Source of the DNA: the human T2T-CHM13v2.0 reference genome, Homo sapiens
Assembly (NCBI RefSeq): GCF_009914755.1
Contig: NC_060942.1
Length of the DNA stretch: 64,000 nucleotides
Direction: 5' to 3' (one strand)
Under the pieces are notes generated by a model. The model made no database searches. It was given only the letters and a program-made list of their open reading frames with translations, and was not told where the DNA came from. Positions within the stretch are counted from its first letter, which is position 1; the number at the start of each line of letters is the position of its first letter. This document shows, piece by piece, positions 53,060 to 64,000 of this stretch. The position numbers and the translations under genes were made by a program.

Positions 53060-54170
53060 TATATTTTTCAGGATCACACTTTTTAGTTTTTTAAAATTTT
53101 GTTTTATATTTCATACCTAAATCAAATTAAATCTGCATGACAGTAAATATTTTGAAAAATTTTTAGGCTTACCTTGTAGTCTTTTATATGGCCAATTTTT
53201 ATAAACTTACAATGTACCCTTGCAAATAATTAATATTATTATTTTGTTGAAATTGGAGTTATCTAATAAAGTTTGTTATTCTGTTATACAAATTGCCTTT
53301 AATCTTAGTGATTTTTTGGTCTGTTTGAAATTTTAGTTTCTAAAAAAGTTGTAGTAAAATTTCCTACACTGATTTTAGAGTGATTTATTTCTTTCTAATT
53401 TTATCAGATTTGCTTTATATATTTCAAGAAAATGTAGCTAGGTGCAGATAAGTTCATGATAGTATCTTGTGTGTAATTTATTCTACATTTAAATACTTTT
53501 TGGGTCTTTCAATGCTCTTTGCCCTAATTGTACTTAGTCTGATATTAGTATCACTAGAATTGTGTTCATATTGAACTGTATGCACATTAGTTATGTCTCT
53601 ATCCTTTTATATTCAACTTTTTATACCATTTTATAAAAGATTGTCTTATAAAGACAGCATGTAGATGGATTATGTATCTCTTAAAAATGTAGTTTAAAGG
53701 TCTTTTATGGTTACATTTAATCCATTTACATTTAATATCACCATTAAATATTTGAACTTATTTTTGCCATCTTATTTTGTATTTTCAGTTTACTATGTTT
53801 CTTTCAGTATTTTTTAATCTGCCATTCTGATTTATATTAGATTGGACATGATTTCTTTCTATCTCCCCTTTTCTCAACTGAAATAGGAAAGTGTACGTTA
53901 CATTTCTATTGTTTTAATAGCTTTATGTAATTTGTCTAGTTGTTTAAAAATAATTGAGTTAATCAATACCTTTACCCTTACACAGAAAAGTGAAAGGATC
54001 TTAGAATCTTTGAAATTCATATCTTTTCCACTTTTCATTGTCCTATATTTCCTGCCTTATTTTTAAAACTTCAATTTAGTTTTTAAATTATTTTCCATCA
54101 ATACTTTTATTGCATGAACATGTTTAGTTTATTAAGTGCTTACTATTTTTCTTGCGTGCCACTCCTATCA
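53060..54170 (-). mobile_element. Old L1M fragments
   Basis: Antisense L1 motifs: tttgctttatatattt..taggtgca, tttaatccatttacatttaat, ttttgccatctt. Confidence 0.7.
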
Positions 54171-54809
54171 AGATGTAGAGGATATATTATGTTCAAAACA
54201 TTCACTGTCTTTCCTGTTATAGAATTATGCTTCCCTCCCTCCTGGATGCCAGCCTTGGTTTGGCCAGTGAAATGTGAGCAAATCTAAGTGGGCCACTGCT
54301 GAGCTGAAGGTTTAGGAGATGTTGCTATGAGGGCAATGGGATTGCTAAGGGAAGAGGATTTGGAGTGGGGCTCCAGCGACCGCTGGCCAACACAGGATGT
54401 GATCCACTGATAGCTGTTTGGTAGTTTGTTGATTTTGGGTAACATAACCTCTCCTGAGCCTCTTCCTCCTATTGATATGTGATTGTCTGTCTTTTAGGAG
54501 CTCTCTCACTGAGAGTTTGCTTATAATACAATCCTGTAGTCTTTGGCAGAAAAAAAAATTTGCTCCCACTTTTCTTAAAGATTTGAAGTTCAATAGTCAA
54601 TCAAGTTGAAACTTGATTGCTGAGCAATCCCACTGATGCTGGTATTGGCTGGTTTAAAGGTAGGTTTTTATGTTCAGGGCACAGCATGATATAGGGGCCA
54701 GGCTGTGGCCTCCACGGCTCACAAAATGTGTAGGTCCTTTCATTTTGTTTTCTCTCTTTTTAAAGAAACTTCAAGAAACTTCACTGACAGTCAAAAGAAT
54801 ATTTTTCTT

Positions 54810-55264
54810 TTCTTTTTTTATTCTCTTTTTACTTTATTTTGTTATAGATTCAGGGAGTACATGTGCAGCATTGTTACATGGGTATATGAATAATGCTAGG
54901 GCTTGGGCTTCAAGTGAACTCATACCCAGATAGTGAATACCCAACAGGTAGTTTTTCAACCTTCACTTCCCTCCCACCCTCCACTCTTTTAGAGTCCCCA
55001 GTGTCTATTATTTCCACCTTTATGTCCGTGTGTAGTCATCGTTTAGGTCCCACTGATAGGTGAGAACATGTGGTATTTTATTTTCTGTTTCTGAGCTATT
55101 TAACTTATGATAATGGCCTCCAGCTCCATTCTTGTTGCTACAAAAGGCATGATTTCATTCTTTACTATGGCTCTGTAGTATTCCATGGTATATATATATA
55201 TATACACCAGATTTTCTTTATCCAATTCACCATTGATGGACACAGGTTGATTCCATGACATTGC
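54810..55264 (-). mobile_element. L1PB-like 3' end
   Basis: gtacatgtgcag..ttgttacatgggtata..gtgagaacatgtggtattt..ggttgattccatg. Confidence 0.9.
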
Positions 55265-55913
<649 letters not shown>

Positions 55914-58227
55914 TAAAGTCTCCTTAAGAGTTTTAAACATTCTTTTCTTTTTTTTTGGTTATGTTGTTGTTATTGTGTTCATTTTCTTTCATGGAGATTT
56001 CCTGAAATAGCTTGTAGTTTATTATTATTATTATTATCTACAGTTGGTAGAATCTGTTTTCTGTAGGAACTCATCAGTTTCTGGACTGTTATAAAGCTCT
56101 TTATGACAGATGATTATTTCGCCACTCTGGGGCATCACTATTTACGAATCAATATTATGTTTAGTCCCGATTCGGGGTCTCTATGCTATATATACAAATT
56201 TGGAATTCATACCTGTATTTGGAGCAGGTTTGACAACTCCTTGTTAGAGCAGGCTCTAACAACTTTTTAGTGACCACATCCATAGCCTCAATAAATAGCT
56301 AAAATCTGATTCTTTGCTGTTATTCCAGGCTGATGGGTGGACTATTTAATCTTTATTTCATAAATAGAAAAGTACTTGACAACTCCCAGATTTTATAACT
56401 CAGTTCCAGTTCCCACACAGCAGAGGCCTGTGACTATACTGCTCCAATATGGAAGGGACAGGCAATTCTCAATCAGTTTAATTTCCACTTTTGATCCCCA
56501 ATCCTTGCTATGTGTTTAATTCTGTTTCCAAAACATCAAGTTTTTAGGGCTATACCTAGTAACATCTCTGAAAAATGTATTTTGATAAACACTGGACAAG
56601 ACTATGAAATAAGGATCTTAGTCGTTGTATTCCTAACCCCAGCACATTACCTAGCCCATAGTTTATTGATTGCATAAATAAATTAAGATTCAATTTTAGT
56701 TCCAATGCAGATTGAAGTGTGAGGAAGATAGAGTTGGAATGTATTTTCTTGAAGACTGTCTTTAGAATGATTCTATTCTTGTTTCTGTAAGTTATGACCA
56801 TTTGACAAGCATCCACGAGAAAGAGAATATGATAACCCTTTTGTCAATACAATGGATATGTCAATAATGAAAAAACTCTTATTTGCCCGTCCTGGGAACA
56901 ACAAAGCAGACAATACCCATTATCCATGTGTCATTTCCTTGTTGAGGACATAAAAGCAGATCAAGGCAAAACCCAGTGCGTCTTTAAATTAGAGGCACAG
57001 ATCAATGCCCATATTTCTCAGTGTCATGTTTCATTATGTTGAACTATTTATGTCATCGTAACCCAAGGAATCTTAATGCAACCTGACATCCAGGTTATGT
57101 TGCATTAAAAAAATAAGAAGCCATTGCATTTTGTTAGTGAGTTGGAAAGCATTCCACCTTTCTTTTTCTGCTTGGTAAAGGATTATCAATGTGTGTATGG
57201 GGAGTGAGGGGTGGCAAGAGGGGGGTACAGTTCTGTATTAAAGGTTGAAAAGATTGGAGACCTTAATTTTAAGTCTGTCAGAAATATTCCCTTAGGTTGG
57301 CTGAGAGCCCTTATTTTCCATCTCTGATAGAGGTCTTAAGATTAGCTTTGGAATAGTGAAATTATTCTTTATGATAGAATTTAGAAATGTTCAACTCCCC
57401 TCCAACTCTCCAAATGAAAATGTCACTTATATTTTAAGATTCTACTTAAATGAAATGCCTTTCAATAAGCTTTTCTTTCTTACTATGTAGATTTCTTCTT
57501 TATTTTCTGAACTTTCATGGCAAATCATCTCTACTGATATGGAATATTTTTGTATCCTAATGATATTATATATTTTTGAGTACATATCCTAATGTATTAA
57601 ATATTCTAAACTTCTTCAGGCTAGAGATGAGTTTTATTGCTACAGCCTAGTGATTATCTAAATTTAAGTGCCAGTAAAGATAGTTTTGGGAGTATTTAGA
57701 CATTTGGAACTTTCTTACACTGTGACTCTGATACAATGGATTTGAGATAGGAATCAGTAATTCATACTTGTAACAAAAGGCTGCCAGATGGTAAATACAA
57801 AGAATACCATATTTAGGGATATCATAATCAAACTGATGAAAACCAAAGATAAAGAGATATAGAGAATATATTAAAAGCTGCTGGGAGAAAAACAACACAT
57901 TACACACAGTGGAACAATATGAAAGATGGTTGATTTTTCATCGAAACAATGAAGGCCAGAAGACAATGGAATGGCCATTTAAAGTGTTGAAGGAAAAGAC
58001 AAAAAAACCTACTAACTGAGAATCTATATGCAATGAAAGTATTTTTTAAAATTGCGTTTTATAAATAAAAGCTGAGAAAATGTGTTGCTGGCAGACCTAA
58101 ACTATAAGAAATACTCAAAAAAAGTTATCACAGTGAAGGAAAATGATATCAAGTGAAAATCTAATTCTACAAGAAGAGATGAAAAGCACTAAAAATGGTA
58201 AATAGTAATTTAATATAAAAACTTACG

Positions 58228-58570
<343 letters not shown>

Positions 58571-58707
58571 TTACTTTTAGTTTTTCTTCTTTTACTTTCT
58601 TTATATAATGTCATTTTGCTTTGTTAAAGCAAAAATGACATTAGAAGATTTGGTTAAAACCTATGTAACAGATAAAATATAAGACAATAATTCTATAAAA
58701 GTTGGTG

Positions 58708-58795
58708 CCACCAACATGGCACATGTATACATATGTAACAAACCTGCACATTGTGCACATGTACCCTAAAACATAAAGTATAATAATAATAAAAA
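58708..58795 (+). mobile_element. Very short 5'-truncated L1PA insertion
   Basis: caccaacatggcacatgtatacatatgtaacaaacctgcac..aaagtataataataa. TSD aaaagttggtg / aaaagttgatg. Confidence 0.92.
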
Positions 58796-60359
58796 AAAAG
58801 TTGATGGAGCTCATTAGTATTAACTGATTTGAGATTTTTACATTTATGAAGTTGGCAGTGTAAAGTGTGAACTGAGAAAATATTAATTGTAAGGATACTC
58901 AAATAAATTAAGAATACATATTATAATTTCTAGAATAACAAAGAAAAAAAATAAAAGCAGCATAGTTAAAAATCCAATAGAGAAAAGAAAATATAATACC
59001 AAAACTATTCAATTAACCCAAAAAATAAATATCCAAAAAATGCCCAGATAAATAAGTAGAAAATATAGTAAAGTGATATATTTAGCCCAAACCATATAAA
59101 TAATTACTTTAAATATAAATGAACTAAACATTCAAATTACAAGGCTGAGATTGTCAGACTGGCTATAAAAGTAAAATATATACTGTGTGCAAGAGACAAT
59201 GTAATGTAAACAGAATGGATATAAAAGGATGGAAATCTATCTATCATCTATCTATAACACAATTATAGATGCAATGTTAATAAATCCTCTCAGTAGGATA
59301 TATTTACTCTAATCCTTTATGATAGGATATTAACTATTCTCTTAACACTGAAATGTATTAGATACTGAGAGGTATTAATTACCTCTCATTAGTTAATAAA
59401 ACAAATAAGTCAAATAATCATTTAGAATGTATAGAATCTAAACACCACTATCCAAGAACTTGACATAATTGACATTAACAGAACATCACACCCAACTGTA
59501 GAATACAAATTATTTTTAAGTGCATATGGGACATTCCACAAGAAAAATCACGAATTGTTCACTAAAATACATCTCATAAATTTCAAGAAATTAAAATCTT
59601 ATAAAATATGTTTTTCTGACCACAATGGAATTAAATTAAAATCATTAAGAATAAGATATATTGAAAAATAGCCAAATATTTGGAAATTAAAAAAACATAT
59701 TTCTAAATAACCCATGGGTCAAAGAAGAGATTTTAAAAGAAATTAGAAAAATATTTTCAATGAACTAGAATGAAAATATTGAAAATTTTTGTACCTCATG
59801 GACACAAAAGCTCTAACCATAAAAAAAAGTTGGTCATGAGTGGGTGAATTAAAAAGCCTGACAATATCAAGTGAGGATGTGGAGCAACTGAAACTTTCAT
59901 ACATTGCTAATGGGACAATAGAATGGCACAATCACTTGAGAAAACTGGTCATTTATTTTAAAGCTAAAACATACACCTATGCTATTACCCAGTGATTTCA
60001 CTCTGAATTATTTATCCCAGACAAAAACTGTTTGTCTATAAAATAACTTATATAATTATGTTTGTCACAAGAATGAAAAACTGGAAACCACCCAAATGTG
60101 TTTTAACAAGACTATGAAAGAACAAATCATGGCATATTCATAAAATGACATACTACTCAGCAACAAAAATGAACAAATTGCTGATGCCCACAACAGTGGT
60201 GACTCTCATAGACTTTATGTTGAGAAATCAGGCACAAAAAAAGTATACTCTGTGTGATTTTGGTTATAGAAAGCTCTAGAACAGACAAAACTCATCTTGA
60301 GAGATTGAAAATCAGATCAACAGTTTCCTGGAGCAGTGGGGGACTGATGGCAAAGGGGC

Positions 60360-60546
60360 TGTTTTAGTCCACTTGTGTTGCTATAAAGGAATACTTGAGG
60401 CTGAGTCATTTATAAAGAGAGGAGTTTATTTCACCCATGGTTCCGTAGGCCGTGCAAGAAGCATGATGCCAGCATCTGCATCTGGTGAGGACCTCAGACT
60501 GCTTCCACCCAGGCAAAAGGGAATGTACCACATGGTGACAGCAGGA

Positions 60547-60605
<59 letters not shown>

Positions 60606-60825
60606 AGAGAAAGGTGCCAGACTCTTTTAAACAATCAGCAACCAGTTCTTGGGGGATCTCTCATGAGAACTAATAGAGCAAGAACTCAATACTGCAAGGA
60701 CTGCACCAAGCTATTCATGAGGGATTTGCCCTATGATTCAAATACCTCCCAGTAGGCCCCACCTACAAAACTGGGGATTAAATTTCAACATGAGGTTTGG
60801 AGGGCCAAATATCAAAAGTATAGAA
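60360..60825 (-). mobile_element. MSTB-like MaLR solo LTR containing (AG)n
   Basis: TGTTTTAGTCC..gttgctataaaggaatac. TSD ggggc/ggggt. (AG)n at ~60548-60605. Confidence 0.88.
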
Positions 60826-61714
60826 GGGGTACAAAAAACTTTCTGGGATGATAGGAGTGTTCTGTATCTTAGTTGGGATAAAGGTTACAGGGGTGTACAT
60901 ATTTGTGAAAATTTATCATGATAAATACTTAAAATCTGTGCATTTTAATGTATGAAAACTATACTGCGATAACATTTTTAACAATAATTTGAGAAGCATT
61001 TGTACATGCAAATTCCTGGGTTCATTAATAGAAATTCTGACTCTGGGTCTGTGGTGAGAATCACTTTTCTGCATCTTTAACAAGAGTCCTGGGTTGATCC
61101 TTGTATATGTGGTGAAAGTATTGATCTGCCATAATATTGTATGTCCAGAAATGCTGATCATATTTTGCAACAATGAATGAATTAACCATTAGCTACAAAA
61201 ATCTGCTGTCTCTGAAGTCTTCTCTATTGTAAGGAAAATATATTAACTTATTTTTGCAAAATATGAAGGTTTATATGTTTTTTTTCAGACTAGAAGATGC
61301 AAGCTTCTCTCTTCATTGTCTATTGTTCATGCTACAACAATTCCAGTGTTTGCTTCTGCTAATGCACTTTTCCCCACCAAAAACCTTTGTCCTAGCCTTT
61401 CTGTCTGCCTTGTTTTCTCTCCATTTGAAAGTGCAATGACACAAAGCCCTTTCTAGCTATGCTTGTTGCTAGTGTCTAACTAATAATGATTTTCCCTTCT
61501 CTAAGTCCTGTAGTTCTTATTGACCGATCTATTTAATCTGGCACTTACACACATACTATACCGTATGGTTATCTCTTTCCCATGTGGCTCTTTTCTCTTC
61601 AATAATATTGTAAACACTTACTGAAAACATTGCTGCTTTTCAGTCTCTTATAGCCTGTCTTCCACTCCCTCTATGCTAGACAAAACTGAAATATACAATA
61701 CAGTTTTTTAAAAT

Positions 61715-61920
61715 TAAGGACACAGGTTGCAGGGTTAGATTTAAGTTAGAAAATCAATATTGCCACCCATAAACTATGTAATATTGGAAAATTTATTTGT
61801 CTTCATCTATAAAAATGATAATATTCTTTCATTAACAAATTATTGTGAGGATTCAATAAGTTAAATTACATAAACCACTCAGCACACTGGTGCCTCTTAA
61901 GCATTTAGCAAATAGTTGTT
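61715..61920 (+). mobile_element. MIR SINE
   Basis: cttcatctataaaaatgataat..ttgtgaggattcaataag..ctcagcac. Confidence 0.65.
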
Positions 61921-62078
61921 GACAAAGTTGTTGTTGGTGATATGCCATTATGGTATAGTTGTGATATTGTTATTAATATTGTTAAAGACCATATAATATG
62001 AGACTGGATTGGAATTTAGAAATTATATAATCTAAGCTGCTTGTTCCTGTGATTAGAAAACTGAGGCCAGAGAGGAAC

Positions 62079-62507
62079 AATATTAGTCCATTCTCACATT
62101 GCTATAAAGAAATACCTGAAACTGGATGATTTGTGACGAAAAGAGGTTTAATTGGCTCACAGTTCCACAGGCTATAAGGAAGCATGATGCTGGCATCTGC
62201 TCAGGTTTTGGGAGGCATCAGGAAACTTACAATCATGGTGCAAGGCGAAGGGGGAATATGAACATCACATAGCCAGAGTAGGAGCAAGGGGACAAGGGGG
62301 AGGTGCTACACACTTTTAAATGATCAGATCTCATGAGAACTCACTCACTATTATTATTGCGAGGACAGTACCAAGTAGGATGCTGCTAAACCATTCATGT
62401 GAAACTGCCCCCATGATTTAGTCACCTCACACCAGGCTCCACCTCTACCATTGGGGATTACAATCCAACATGAGATTTGGGCAGGGACACAGATCCAAAC
62501 CATATCA
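62079..62507 (-). mobile_element. MSTA-like MaLR solo LTR
   Basis: ..TATTAGTCCATTCTCAC...CAAACCATATCA. 5-bp TSD GGAAC at 62074-62078 and 62508-62512. Confidence 0.92.
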
Positions 62508-64000
62508 GGAACAGACTGTCCATTGATTATTTTGTCTTAAAAGAACAGTGTTCAAGCTTCAAAGCATATGTTCATAGTTACATGCATTATGTTGCAATTT
62601 AATACTGTATTTGCTACACATAGAGCAGATTTTCCCAGTGGAAGGAATAAAATGCTATTCTCTATTTAGCATGAAAGGTGACCCTTCTGAATTTCAGAGT
62701 TTCTTTTCCCCTCTATCTGGGTATGAACTTTTTCTTTAAAATATAGACCCTAAAAGGTGTCAGAGAGCAAGCCTCTTCCTACTCTGCTCTGACTGCATGC
62801 ACGTTGCACAACGCATGTATTCTCACACAGTCACAAATGTGTAGATCAACCTTACTTAGAGAATGAAACATTTGACTTGATTACTAACTGTTCACCCTGG
62901 ACTATGATCTCATCACTCCAATAGGTCAAAAGTTAAGTATATCTGACCTATTTTGATAATGTACTCATAGTTAATTCTCAACCAGTAGGTTAAATGTCTT
63001 ACCCAGAAAATGCCAGCCTCCTGATCTGGAGGCCACTATAGCACACTAGTAAGCCCATCCCTTCTCTGTCATCAATTGTGGCACAAAACACTGTGCTGAG
63101 AGGAAGTTTCTATGGACGTTTGCAGATAGTAAGATAAAGAGAGATGAGATCTGGAATATGAAGAATAGAAGTTTTAAATGTTGAGGCTTTAAGAGGGAGA
63201 ATTAGGGCCAGTGAAAGTGGATCTCCGTAGCCTTTGTTGCTTCAGCATACACAGATCCGTAATTGTGTTATATTTGCTATAGTATTCATCCTGTTTTCCA
63301 CTGATGCACTTGGGTAGATTTTTAAGGTCAATGAGCTCTTGGATGTTGCTGCAATCACCACCCCTTCTCCCCCATCATTTCTTATTCCTTGACTTGGGGC
63401 TCCCTGGGTGTCTGCGGTTAAGTGCCTTAAGAGCTGCTGATTATTGTGATTTCCTTTAACCAGCTCGACAGATTCTCTGCTTTTCCATTTTTGATGTCAG
63501 CCCTAATGTGTTGGGCCAAACACGTTGGAACTTGTTAAGATTCTTCAAATAGCTTCTTTGTGCAGGAGAAATCACAACAGTGACAGGCCCTCTGCTCTAT
63601 CTCCCCGGAGCTTTTATGCATGTGCTATGCCCCCTACAGTCCCCATCACTCTGTCTCACAGGCGAACTGACATTCAGAGCCAGAACCCAACACCAACAAC
63701 ACTTATTATTTTTTAAAACTTCATTTCTCTCTATATTTCCCCTTATTCCGATTCAAATGCTGAGCATAATAAAGTTGCCAAAACTCTCCCTCCATTGGAG
63801 TGAAAACCATTCATTTGTTGTCTCAATTTAAGATTCCTGACTCCAAATAGAAGGATATTCTCTGTGGACATAATGGGACATTTAGCAATTCATTCATTTT
63901 CTTCACATGCTACTTATTTAGGCACTCAGCGGTTGGCAGCTTTGATGTGGAGTGGTGAAATTATAAAGACATTACGTATCATAAAAATATAAATGAAAGA

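Noticed and set aside
61270-61440. Acceptor-like ttttttttcag followed by a short open frame
   Set aside because: No convincing donor or protein similarity.
62794-62818. Small bulged hairpin catgc(ac)gttg-ca-caacgcatg
   Set aside because: Too short for a miRNA precursor and compatible with chance in a purine-pyrimidine tract.

Overview
Primate (catarrhine-type, AluY-containing) CpG-depleted intronic/intergenic DNA. I recognise no cellular protein-coding exon, RNA gene or CRISPR array. The largest element is a HERV-L provirus (2942-8183, + strand) with two MLT2A1-like LTRs, a perfect 5-bp target-site duplication (TSD, GTGGG), disrupted gag, an uninterrupted protease-RT reading frame, a large RT-to-integrase deletion and an AluY in dUTPase. 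The rest is Alu, L1, L2, MIR, MaLR LTR and DNA-transposon relics separated by a few repeat-poor stretches. The most unusual signal is not a gene but a set of apparent DNA-repair scars. Three 126-240 bp direct copies of nearby sequence (donor 0.9-2.6 kb away) are pasted into unrelated sites without TSD or poly(A). Several deletion junctions are filled with snap-back hairpins and iterated copies of flanking sequence, resembling polymerase-theta end joining or template switching. I see no evidence of a new gene system. Repeat subfamily names come from recalled consensus sequences and identities were counted by hand, so both need RepeatMasker/alignment confirmation.
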